Shown one piece after another: positions 9,618 through 18,895 of a stretch of DNA of 64,000 nucleotides (within the stretch, counting starts at the first letter, position 1; each line of letters begins with the position of its first letter). The DNA is taken from positions 148,624 through 212,623 of the forward strand of contig JANYDA010000032.1 of the NCBI GenBank assembly GCA_025360005.1, written 5' to 3'. The notes beneath the pieces are model-generated. The model searched no databases. It had not been told where the DNA came from and worked only from the letters and a program-made list of their open reading frames with translations. The DNA comes from Fibrobacteria bacterium. Its GTDB lineage: Bacteria > Fibrobacterota > Fibrobacteria > UBA11236. A program made the position numbers and the translations under genes.

Positions 9618-11405
9618 TCACTCTACGCGGATTTTTTCCCGGAAATAGGAGCCTTCGGCGCTCCCGGAAACCAGATAAAGCCCCGGCTTCAGCCTGCCGG
9701 TGGTCAGGGTCGCACCGGAGTTACCCGAAGCCCTCGCCACCATGGCGCCGTCCAGCGCGTACACGGCGGCCTGATAGGGGCCCTGGAAGGGAAGCTGCAA
9801 GGAAATCCGGCCCTGTTGCAAAGAAGCGCGCACCGTTTTTTGGAATGCGCCCACGCGGCCTACGGCGGTAGTCGCGGGTCCCACGTTGTTGAGCGTGTAA
9901 TAACCCACGTTGGTGTAGGCCGCTTCCGCAGTCGCGCTGGTGACATTGTTCATGGTGATGGCGTACATCCGCTTGGTCAGCAGGCTCGCCAATTGCAGGC
10001 GGACATGCTTCCCGTCCGGGCTGAGCTCGGCCGAAGTCACGTCGACGTTGACGTTGTTGTCGTTTGTCGCCGCGTCCCCGCCATAAGTCTGCACTGGCGT
10101 GTACACGGTGGACAGAACCTTCCAATTGGCTTTATTGCCGGCGGCCGCAGCCGCCGGCTGGGTGAACTCCACGTCGAATCCGCCGGTGATGGAGCGGATG
10201 GCCAGGATCTCGAACGGCGCCTTGTCCGTGGGCGTCAGAAGATCCAACCCCCGGCAGGTGCCGTTCCAATTCCAGTTCCCGGAACCGCCCAGGCCGCAAG
10301 TGCCGCCTCCGATGCCGATCACGAGCAGCGAGCCGGACGGAGTGTAAAGGAATTGGTTGATGCCGAAGTTGATGCCGGCGGCGCCCGCGGACATGAAGCC
10401 GAAGACGGCGCCCTGCCACTCGCCATTCACCTTCTCCAGGAAATAGCGCAAGGTGCCGCCATGGTTGACGTCCCCGCCCATCATCTGCCCGGCATAGGCG
10501 CCCGCCTTGATGAGGATGGGACGCGTGGGGGAATTGCTGAACCCGCCATAGGGGATCCAGATGGCGGGCGGGTATTCCGGATCATTGGGGCAACTGGTCC
10601 CGTCCACCGCAGGCGGGATGATGCCGCAGGCATTGTTGGCCTTGGTGCGGAACCCGAAGAAGCGGCCGTTGGCCGGAATGTTCTTGGTGGGGATATGATA
10701 GAGGGCGTCCGCCGGTTTCCAATGCCCTTGGTTTTCCGGCACGAAGAATTCGTTGTCGGGCCCGATGCCTACCCCGTTGGTGTTGCGGAGGCCGCGCGCC
10801 AATTGCGTGAAGCCGGAGCCGCCGTAAGGAACCCTGATGAGCGCGCCGCGTTGCAGGGGGTCATTGGGATCGTAGTCATAAGCCGTCCCGGTGGTGAACC
10901 AGAACGCGCTATCGCGGGTGACCAGGTTGAAGGAAAAATGGTGCCATTGGTTGTCGTTGTACCACTCCGCGGGCAGGCTCCACAAGGTGGATTTGGTCCA
11001 GGTGGCGCCGGACCCGGTGAACTTGGTGATGCGGGGCTTTTCCATCACGTAGAAATCGTCGCCGACCACGGCTACGCCCAAAGCCTCGCGCATGCCGGTG
11101 GCGATGCGAACGGGCGTGCCCGGGTTTCCGCCGGCCAGGTTGGGGATGATCCACACCTCACCGTTGCTCTTGCTGGTGGTGCCCACCGGTTGCATGCTTC
11201 CGCCCCAAGTGCAGATAGCCCCGTCGCCGTTGGGCAGCAAGCCGATGCCGCCGATGCCGCCGACACTCCCCATTTCCGCCGGCAGGATGTTCTTCACCGT
11301 AAAGGCGGGGTGGAGATTGCCGATCGCGAACGCGGATGGACAGGCCATCGCCAGCGAAACGGAAACCACCGACCGCCATTTGTTCATCATCCGTGATTTC
11401 ATCAT
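9618..11405 (-). CDS. Secreted beta-propeller protein (glucose/sorbosone dehydrogenase-like fold) with Ig-like region and C-terminal sorting-like tail
   Basis: Signal peptide; LARGLRNTNGVGIGPDNEFFVPENQGHW motif; tail VYALDGAMVA...PGLYLV. Confidence 0.65.
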   Translation of the reverse strand: MMKSRMMNKWRSVVSVSLAMACPSAFAIGNLHPAFTVKNILPAEMGSVGGIGGIGLLPNGDGAICTWGGSMQPVGTTSKSNGEVWIIPNLAGGNPGTPVRIATGMREALGVAVVGDDFYVMEKPRITKFTGSGATWTKSTLWSLPAEWYNDNQWHHFSFNLVTRDSAFWFTTGTAYDYDPNDPLQRGALIRVPYGGSGFTQLARGLRNTNGVGIGPDNEFFVPENQGHWKPADALYHIPTKNIPANGRFFGFRTKANNACGIIPPAVDGTSCPNDPEYPPAIWIPYGGFSNSPTRPILIKAGAYAGQMMGGDVNHGGTLRYFLEKVNGEWQGAVFGFMSAGAAGINFGINQFLYTPSGSLLVIGIGGGTCGLGGSGNWNWNGTCRGLDLLTPTDKAPFEILAIRSITGGFDVEFTQPAAAAAGNKANWKVLSTVYTPVQTYGGDAATNDNNVNVDVTSAELSPDGKHVRLQLASLLTKRMYAITMNNVTSATAEAAYTNVGYYTLNNVGPATTAVGRVGAFQKTVRASLQQGRISLQLPFQGPYQAAVYALDGAMVARASGNSGATLTTGRLKPGLYLVSGSAEGSYFREKIRVE

Positions 11406-11464
11406 GCTCCCGCTCCCGCGTTATACCCGCCGAGGCCCGTCCCGAAACCCGGTATCCCGAAATC

Positions 11465-12829
11465 TCAGATCGCGAAACCCATCTGGACGCTCCAATACCA
11501 ATTCTTCCGCAAGGGCATCACGTCCCGATCGTTGGTATGTCCGAAGTAATCCACCAGGCGCATATGATCGTTGGCGATCTGGCCGCTCAGGGTGAAACCC
11601 TGATAGATGGATTTCTGGGCGTACAAGGTCCATTTCACGTTGTCGCCGTTGAAGACCTGTCCCGTCACGAAGGGCGTGGGAGAAAGCGCGACGGAGGCAT
11701 TGGTCGCATCGTTCGGATAGGGGTTGGAGCAATATTCCCATTCCGCCGAAAGCACGTCGAGGATGCGGAAGGTGGGGAAATTGAAACCCACCGTATAAGC
11801 GATGCGGTCCTGCATCTTCTCATAGTAGAAAGGACGGTTCTGCAATCCCATCAGGATGCCCTCGAAATACAGGCGCAAATCCTTTTCGGAGAGCATGGGG
11901 CTGGCGATTATTTTCCCCAAATCCAGGGAAGCGCGGAGCATCACCTTTTCGCCTTGGAAGGAAAGGTAAGCACTGTCCACGGCGAGATGCGTGCTGGTAT
12001 CGTAGGGCGCGTCGGAAGATTTCAGGGGATGGGCCAGTTGTTTGCTGCCGTCTTTAAGGGTGTAATAAAGGCTGCTGCCTTGCCCATCGTACTTGCCGCT
12101 GGCGATCTTGCTGGGGTCGTAGAAATTGTCGAACATGAAGCCGCCTCCCAGGGTGAAGATCCCGCCCAGGGTATAGGAAGCGATATCCGTAAGGCTCAGG
12201 CTGGCGGAAGGGGTTTGATCCGTTTTGACCGTCAGGAGCAGATCATTGTTCAGCCCGCCGATCTTGGTGTTGGCATCGAAGCCGCCCAACTGCACGCCCG
12301 CGCTGTTCACGCGGGTCAATCCGCCGGTATAGATGACGGTGGGATAGGTATAGGTCCGGAACATGTATTCGCCCAGGTTCTTGGCGTTCTCGTTGTACTT
12401 GAAAGGGAAAACACCCGCCTTTAAAAGCAAACCGTGATCGCCCTCATCGCCGCGCCGCCAGTATTCGAATTCGGCGTGCAAGTCGGTGAACCCGAAGCCG
12501 GATCTTTGGCCGATGCTGTATTGATTGCCTTTGGAAGGAAGGATGAAGAAATACAAACCGCCCACGCCCACGAAGAGCTTGGCGTTGTCCGCCAGCCGGG
12601 CCTCCTCCAGAAGCCAGATGGAGCTGGCATTGGAGATCTCCCGGAAGTACCCGGAAGGAGTGGAACCGGGATCGGGAACGAAGCTTTCGATTTCAGTGGC
12701 CTCCCAGTTGGCGAAGATCTTCAGGGGAGCCAACCGGGAGGAAGCCTCTTCGGCGAACGAGCCTTGGGCGGCCAGCACCAGGAAAACCGCGGCTGCGGAG
12801 GATCTTTTGGACATCGTTTTCCTTTTCAT
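11465..12829 (-). CDS. Putative outer-membrane beta-barrel protein
   Basis: Signal peptide, alternating aromatic/hydrophobic strands, C-terminal WYWSVQMGFAI. Confidence 0.65.
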   Translation of the reverse strand: MKRKTMSKRSSAAAVFLVLAAQGSFAEEASSRLAPLKIFANWEATEIESFVPDPGSTPSGYFREISNASSIWLLEEARLADNAKLFVGVGGLYFFILPSKGNQYSIGQRSGFGFTDLHAEFEYWRRGDEGDHGLLLKAGVFPFKYNENAKNLGEYMFRTYTYPTVIYTGGLTRVNSAGVQLGGFDANTKIGGLNNDLLLTVKTDQTPSASLSLTDIASYTLGGIFTLGGGFMFDNFYDPSKIASGKYDGQGSSLYYTLKDGSKQLAHPLKSSDAPYDTSTHLAVDSAYLSFQGEKVMLRASLDLGKIIASPMLSEKDLRLYFEGILMGLQNRPFYYEKMQDRIAYTVGFNFPTFRILDVLSAEWEYCSNPYPNDATNASVALSPTPFVTGQVFNGDNVKWTLYAQKSIYQGFTLSGQIANDHMRLVDYFGHTNDRDVMPLRKNWYWSVQMGFAI

Positions 12830-12870
12830 GATTGGATGCGGGGCGAAGACGAGCCGGGAGCGCGCCCCGA

Positions 12871-14130
12871 TCAGGGGTTGGCGGCCTTGGGGAACAGGGG
12901 TTGGATGGAGAGTACGCTGCCGTTCTTGCGGATGGCGCGCCCGGTGAGATCGAAACGTCCCACGAAGCCCAGGCCGTTGTCATCGGCTTCGCGGAGGGGC
13001 TTGATGAGGTTTTCCTCCCGCAGGCCCACCGCCACCGAGTTCAGCATGGTGGAATAAGGCAGCGATCCGGGAGTGGCATTGGGGATGAACCAGACGTTGT
13101 TGTAGACGACATCGTTGCCGTGGTTCTGCACGTACAAGGGAGCCGGGATCAGCAAGTTCCCGGCAACGCCGGCGGTGGTGACGCCGGTGACCTTGGTGCC
13201 GTCCTGCACCAGGACGCCGTTGGCGTAAACGGTCATCATAGCCGCTCCCGCGGGATCGCCCGCGGCCCCGGAGGTGCGCGGGGTGAAATAAATGTCGTAA
13301 GTATGCCAGGTCAAGGGAGGCAGAGCGGCGTTGACGAAAGGGGCCTTAACAGTGTATATGCCGCCGTACTCGTTCTCCTCGCCCGTGCTGCCGAAGGAAT
13401 CCAACACCTGGCATTCATAATGGCCTTGCAAATACACGCCGCTGTTGGATCGGCCCTGGCCGGTGGCGGTGGGATTGAAGCAGCCCTGGTATTCGATATG
13501 CAGCAAGCCGGCTCCGTGGGGGTCTTTGGTTTGCACTCCGCGGTAAAGGCATTTGCGGCTGAGCTGGACATTGTTGTCCTTGTTGACCCACTTGGCCAAA
13601 TCGGCCTGACCGGTCGAGGAATCGAACCACATATTGGCATTGCCCCAGGCGGGCTGGGGCTTCATCAGATGCGTGGGGCTGTTGCGGACCACCCGGTTCA
13701 ACGTAAAGGAGGCGCCCGTGGGCGACGTCCCGGTCATGACGTGGGCTTCCCCGCTTCCCGTGACGGAGGCCGCCTTGTAATTGCTGATGGTGTTGACCGT
13801 AAAGGTGGTCCCGCTCAGGGTGGCGCTGCCGCTGAAACTGTTGCGGTTCCAGCCGGTCTTGTCCCAACCACCGTTAGGCTGGCCGGGCAAGGTCAACAAA
13901 CCTCCCGGCAGAAAGACCACGGTATAAGCGTTGTTGCCGTTGGCGATGAGCCAAGCGCCCAGATTCCCCCCGCCCGCGATGCTGCCGTAATATTCGCCTT
14001 GGACCTGCCACTGGGCCAAAGCCGCGCCCGACAGGGGCGGAATATAATCCGATTGCGCGCGCGCGTTGTCCGCCGCCAATCCGATGCAAGCCGCCGCCAA
14101 TATTCCCGTCCACTTCAGGCCGTTAGCCAT
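12871..14130 (-). CDS. Secreted DUF1080 (3-keto-disaccharide hydrolase-like) protein
   Basis: Signal peptide; GQGRSNSGVYLQGHYECQVLDSFG, WHTYDIYF, LYVQNHGNDVVYNNVW; tail RFDLTGR. Confidence 0.85.
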   Translation of the reverse strand: MANGLKWTGILAAACIGLAADNARAQSDYIPPLSGAALAQWQVQGEYYGSIAGGGNLGAWLIANGNNAYTVVFLPGGLLTLPGQPNGGWDKTGWNRNSFSGSATLSGTTFTVNTISNYKAASVTGSGEAHVMTGTSPTGASFTLNRVVRNSPTHLMKPQPAWGNANMWFDSSTGQADLAKWVNKDNNVQLSRKCLYRGVQTKDPHGAGLLHIEYQGCFNPTATGQGRSNSGVYLQGHYECQVLDSFGSTGEENEYGGIYTVKAPFVNAALPPLTWHTYDIYFTPRTSGAAGDPAGAAMMTVYANGVLVQDGTKVTGVTTAGVAGNLLIPAPLYVQNHGNDVVYNNVWFIPNATPGSLPYSTMLNSVAVGLREENLIKPLREADDNGLGFVGRFDLTGRAIRKNGSVLSIQPLFPKAANP

Positions 14131-14402
14131 GATTTTCTCCCGCTTCAGGCGTGGTTCCGCGCCGCATCCAAATGTATCGATGCCTCCTTAGGGCCATGGG
14201 TCCGCAGGGGGGAATAGTTAGGCCAAAAAGGCCGCACTCAGCCGCGCTCCCGGAGCCGCCGATTCCCTCGAATCCGCAACCAACAACCAAACACGCGCCT
14301 ATTTCCCGACGAGGGAGTCCGGTTCCCCGGTATTCCGCCGGACGCAGACCGTTTCCGGCCGTGTCCCGGCAAGGCGGTATGGGGTATATTTGTCGGAACG
14401 CC

Positions 14403-15269
14403 ATGCAAGTCAGACCCGAACCGCCCTCCGTATTCGATTATCTGGATTACCGCAGGTACCTGGCCGACTACCTCACGGCACGCGGCCTGATGGACACGGG
14501 CTTCTCCCTGCGCGCATTCGCGGTCAAAGCGGGCCTGCCGCTTTCCAACTCCAGCTTCTTCTCCAAGGTGATAGGGGGAAAACGCAACCTCACCGTGGAT
14601 CGGCAGTTCCGCATGGCCAAAGCCATGAAGCTTTCCACCAGTGAAATCAAATACTTCGGCCTACTGGTGCAATTCAACCAATGCAAGGATCCGGAAGGCA
14701 AACAACACTTCTATTCGGAGCTGGCCAAGCACGGGCAATCCAAGGCCCGTATCATCGACAAGGAAGGCTACGCCTACTATTCCAAATGGCAGAACTCCAT
14801 TATCCGCGCCTTCTTCGGCATCAACCAAAAGGAAAGCAATCCCTCCGTCATCGGCAAAAGGATTTTCCCCCAAGTCCCGCCCTGGGAAGTGGAAGACACG
14901 GTCAAGCTGCTGACGCAATTGGGGATGATCACCAAGACCGCCAACGGCTACGCCCTGCGGGACGCCAATATCGCCACGGAACGGGAAAACAAGGATTTCA
15001 TCGGCAAGCTGCGCATCCTGGAAATGCTGGGGCTGGCCAAAGATGTGTTCAACCATGTGCCGCCGGAAGATCGCGAATATAGCGCCATGACGGTTTATAT
15101 TTCCAAGCAGGGCTACCAAGCGCTCAAAGAGAAAATCCGCGTGTTCCGGGAGGAAGTGAAATCCCTGGTGGGGGCGGATAACGGCGAGGACAGAATCTAT
15201 ACTTTGGGCATGCAGTTCTTCCCCAATAACCGGCTGCCGGATTGGGATTCGGAAACCCGGAAGGCCTGA
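14403..15269 (+). CDS. TIGR02147 family protein (HTH + DUF4423-like)
   Basis: SVFDYLDYRRYLADY, FSLRAFA, GKRNLT, YFGLLVQFNQ, YYSKW, IYTLGMQFFP. Confidence 0.9.
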   Translation: MQVRPEPPSVFDYLDYRRYLADYLTARGLMDTGFSLRAFAVKAGLPLSNSSFFSKVIGGKRNLTVDRQFRMAKAMKLSTSEIKYFGLLVQFNQCKDPEGKQHFYSELAKHGQSKARIIDKEGYAYYSKWQNSIIRAFFGINQKESNPSVIGKRIFPQVPPWEVEDTVKLLTQLGMITKTANGYALRDANIATERENKDFIGKLRILEMLGLAKDVFNHVPPEDREYSAMTVYISKQGYQALKEKIRVFREEVKSLVGADNGEDRIYTLGMQFFPNNRLPDWDSETRKA

Positions 15270-16028
15270 ATGAAGGCGCGCGCGCCGTGGGCGTTGGCCA
15301 CCCTGGTGGCAATCGGTTGCTCCAAAAAAGATCAGGTGGCCGGCGGGTACGATGACGTTGAGAATCCCGCCATCCAGGTCTCTTTGCAGGACACGCTGGG
15401 CAAGCCTTTCGGCGCCGGAGAGATGCGCATCTATGCGCGTTATCAGAATCCCGGCAAAGACTCCACTCCGGTATTGGAACAGACCATCGCGCCCGGCACG
15501 GCGGCAACGGTACGGGACTCGGCCCTGATTTCCGCCATGGGGCGGGCGCAAAGCCGCGGCACCCGATGGCCCAGTCAAGACACCGTTGAGTTCAACCTCA
15601 ATGCGACGGCCTCCGGCGGCGAAGCCTTCCTGGGGGATTTCCTGTTGGTGAAAGGGCCGGATGGGCTCCATCGCTTTATGCGTCGGTCGGGTGGATCCGT
15701 TCTCCATGCGGATAGCAAAGGCGTGCTGGCGGCCATCCCCGTGATGGCTCCCCCAATCCTGAACCTGCGCGGCAATGTGGGGGCCCGCGGCCTGCAATTG
15801 GCCTTGCAATCCCTGTTCATTCCGGGATCCCCATACCAGGCCAAGATAACCGGGGACGGATCCTTCACCTTGGCCCGCCTGGCGCGGGGAAAATACGATG
15901 TGAAGGCTGTATCGCTCGATGGCAAGGTATACACCGCCGCCGATTCCCTGCTCGCGGACTCCGCTTCCGCGGCCGTGGAATATGCTCCCGCGGATTGGTC
16001 CGAAGCGGACATACTCTGGATCGAATGA
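15270..16028 (+). CDS. Putative lipoprotein with C-terminal carboxypeptidase-regulatory-like beta-sandwich
   Basis: Lipobox VAIGC; DGSFTLARLARGKYDVKA; starts immediately after the TIGR02147 stop. Confidence 0.7.
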   Translation: MKARAPWALATLVAIGCSKKDQVAGGYDDVENPAIQVSLQDTLGKPFGAGEMRIYARYQNPGKDSTPVLEQTIAPGTAATVRDSALISAMGRAQSRGTRWPSQDTVEFNLNATASGGEAFLGDFLLVKGPDGLHRFMRRSGGSVLHADSKGVLAAIPVMAPPILNLRGNVGARGLQLALQSLFIPGSPYQAKITGDGSFTLARLARGKYDVKAVSLDGKVYTAADSLLADSASAAVEYAPADWSEADILWIE

Positions 16029-16035
16029 TCCCGCT

Positions 16036-18195
16036 TCACTCCCGGAGATAACCGAACGAACGGGGGCGCACCGGCATGGATTCGCCCTTGACCCGAACCT
16101 GTTGCCCATCGGGTCCGTTGACCAAGGCCCCGTCGCGGGTCCAAAGCCTGCCTGCTACGATATAGACCCCAGTGCCCAGCCGGCTGCCGCCCTTGGAAAC
16201 CGGGTACCACATCAGGCGCACCCAGGTAGTATCCCCAGGGCTGGCCGCCTGCATGGCACCCCATTCCTGATCGGTAAAATCCCGATCGAGTGAATTCACG
16301 AACGCTCCCAGATGATCGTAAAACCATAGTTGCATGCGCGTGATGGGCACGCGGGCGGGAAACTCCAGCACGGGCCCGCGGGCGGCGGCCGATTTCCGTT
16401 CCGATTCCCCGCTCCCCAGGGGATCCCCGGAGGCGGAAACCGGGACCAACGCCTCCAGCCGTTGCGGCAGGAATGCCGCTCCATGCGCGGGATTTTCCCG
16501 GATGCGCAGCTGTCCCACCGTCTCTTCCAGGTTACGTGGGAAAGCCAGCTCCACGTAATGGGGTTGCGCGCGATTGCCCCCGGTATCCATAGCGACCGGG
16601 GAAAGGGATACGCTGTCGCCGGGATGCAATCGCTGGGCGACCGCTTCCGGCAAGGAAAAGAAATACCGTCCCGGCTGCACCTTGATTCCCGGCGCGCCGC
16701 CGGGGTTGGGAATAGTCCCGTCATGAAGCTTCCACAGCAACATCCCCGAGGAATCCCCGCTTCCCGCCAGCGGTTCCGAAGCTTGCAAATCCAGGTAGGC
16801 CGGATCCCCGTTGATCCGTCCCCAACGGAACCAGGCGCCCGTAAGGACCGGACTCACGCCGTCCCGCAAAAGCACGCTCAAATCGGAAGTGCGCGTGTAT
16901 ACCGTTTGCCGCGTGGAAGCCGTCACCGGCGGAAATCCCGTCGCGCCGAACGGCCCCGCATATTGGTATTCCAGGCCGCCGCGCAGGGTCCACGGATCCG
17001 CGCTGTCCGGATGCACCCAGGCATACCGCCGCGATCCCGCGAAATCGAATTGCATTTCCAAACCGTCCGGCGCAGGTCCGGCCGCGGTATCCAGGTTCAC
17101 CCGAATCGATTCCGCGCGCCCGTCGCCGGAAAGCACCCCGCGCTGCGGCCGGGCCAAACGGATCAGGGTGAGGGAAATGCGGCTGCTATGGTCCTCCGCC
17201 TTGGCCGTAAGATTGATGCGCGTATTGTTCGGGAACTTGGACGGATCCAAATCCAGGCAGGCCTGGCCGCCGATAAGGGAGAGCGGTTTGCCGTTGATGT
17301 CCCAGTCCGCGGAAAGGAAAGTCAGATCCGGCGGGATCTTGTAATTGCCGCATTGCTCCTGGCCCGGCTCCTGAAAAAATGGCCGCGCGCAGAGGCGGGT
17401 CTTTCCAGTGATGATGTCTTTGCTGGTGACGCTGGCGCCCAGGCTGTCCACTATCCGCAGGCTCTTGATGGCCAGCGGTTTCAGTTCCGCCGTGGATTCC
17501 ATTCCGAAGACGGAGGTAGGAGGCTGCCGGCTGCAGAAATAGATGTCCAGATCGAGCGTCCTGCCGAGCTTGCCTTTGAGGAACGGAAGCGAATCCAGGA
17601 TGGCCTCGGTATAGCGCGCCAGATGGATGCCGCCTTGATCGATGACCAGGCGGTTGTCGAGGAATACCCACAGATCATCGTCGCCCCGGAACCGCAAGGA
17701 TTCCCCGCCGTTATAGGTCAAGGCCGCATTGACCTCCATGCAATAGGCGTAGTCGTTGCGCAGCGATCCGGGTCCCGTCGCCGCGCTCTGCCGGCTCAGG
17801 GAATCCATGGGAAAGAAAAGCGAGTCGTCCATTTTCCACAAAGGCTTGCCGGGCCGGCCCGCGTTGCGGAGGAACAGATTGCCGCAGGCGGAAACCGCGG
17901 ACTGGGAAGGGTCGAACCATTTCTCGATGTCCTTGGAACAGGCATCCATGGCTCCGCGCCGGGGGATTTTCTTTCCCAATGCCGGATCATACTGGAGCGT
18001 GTCCCGCAGCATTCCAGGAGCCGGTTTTTGCACGTTGAGGTTGCAGCCGGTCACGCCGGTTGCCGAGAACTCGCCGTTGAAGTCCCCGTAATTGTGATCG
18101 TAAAGGGTGGCTTTGAGGGTCAGGAAATCCTGGGCCGGGGATACGGCGCACAGGAACAAGCCTGCGGTACAGGCGCGGAAAAATCGGGGGGCCAT
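16036..18195 (-). CDS. Fibro-slime domain-containing secreted protein
   Basis: Signal peptide; FFPMD, YCMEVNA, FRGDDDLWVFLDNRLVIDQGGIH, LDIYFCSR; tail FYDHLGAFV...LGTGVYI. Confidence 0.85.
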   Translation of the reverse strand: MAPRFFRACTAGLFLCAVSPAQDFLTLKATLYDHNYGDFNGEFSATGVTGCNLNVQKPAPGMLRDTLQYDPALGKKIPRRGAMDACSKDIEKWFDPSQSAVSACGNLFLRNAGRPGKPLWKMDDSLFFPMDSLSRQSAATGPGSLRNDYAYCMEVNAALTYNGGESLRFRGDDDLWVFLDNRLVIDQGGIHLARYTEAILDSLPFLKGKLGRTLDLDIYFCSRQPPTSVFGMESTAELKPLAIKSLRIVDSLGASVTSKDIITGKTRLCARPFFQEPGQEQCGNYKIPPDLTFLSADWDINGKPLSLIGGQACLDLDPSKFPNNTRINLTAKAEDHSSRISLTLIRLARPQRGVLSGDGRAESIRVNLDTAAGPAPDGLEMQFDFAGSRRYAWVHPDSADPWTLRGGLEYQYAGPFGATGFPPVTASTRQTVYTRTSDLSVLLRDGVSPVLTGAWFRWGRINGDPAYLDLQASEPLAGSGDSSGMLLWKLHDGTIPNPGGAPGIKVQPGRYFFSLPEAVAQRLHPGDSVSLSPVAMDTGGNRAQPHYVELAFPRNLEETVGQLRIRENPAHGAAFLPQRLEALVPVSASGDPLGSGESERKSAAARGPVLEFPARVPITRMQLWFYDHLGAFVNSLDRDFTDQEWGAMQAASPGDTTWVRLMWYPVSKGGSRLGTGVYIVAGRLWTRDGALVNGPDGQQVRVKGESMPVRPRSFGYLRE

Positions 18196-18257
18196 CGGGT
18201 CATTAGTCGGTTTATCCGGCTTGGAAGTTGGGAGAATTTCAACCAAATGATCCCCGC

Positions 18258-18761
18258 CTATTTTAGCGAGGCGAGCACCTGGTCCACATGGCCATTCACC
18301 TTGACTTTGGGAAAGACTTTGGCCACCTTCCCTTCTTCATCGATGACAATGGTGGTGCGTACGATCCCCATGAATTTACGGCCGTACAGGGACTTTTCCT
18401 GCCATATGCCGTAGGCCTCCAAAGCTTTGTGATCCGGGTCGCTGAGAAGCGGAAAATTGAGTCCGTGCTTGGCTTTGAACTTCTTGTGCGATTCCACCGA
18501 ATCCGCGCTGAGCCCCAACACCACGGCCCCGGACTTGGCGAACCGGTTCACGTTGTCGCGGAAATCGCACGACTCGGTGGTGCAGCCGGGCGTGCTGTCC
18601 TTGGGGTAAAAGTACAGGATGACCTTGCGGCCCTTGAAGTCCGCCAGGGATACGGTATGGCCGGTATCATCGGAAAGCCTGAAGGCGGGCGCCTTGCTTC
18701 CCGGTTGCGGTCCGTAGCCTGGGCCTGCGGTGGAAGCGGAAGTTTTCTTTGCGGCGGGCAT
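18258..18761 (-). CDS. bcp: Peroxiredoxin Bcp/PrxQ
   Basis: [34 protein letters not shown]. Confidence 0.95.
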   Translation of the reverse strand: MPAAKKTSASTAGPGYGPQPGSKAPAFRLSDDTGHTVSLADFKGRKVILYFYPKDSTPGCTTESCDFRDNVNRFAKSGAVVLGLSADSVESHKKFKAKHGLNFPLLSDPDHKALEAYGIWQEKSLYGRKFMGIVRTTIVIDEEGKVAKVFPKVKVNGHVDQVLASLK

Positions 18762-18895
18762 GCGTACTCCGGAGTGCAAGCCGCCGGCCGGCATGGCCGC
18801 GGCGAAAAGGTGGTTGAAAAGCGGTGGTTTCCCGCCGGGATGAAATAGAGCCAATCATGCCGGGGATGGCAAGTGGGCCGGGCGCGCCGGCCCTA

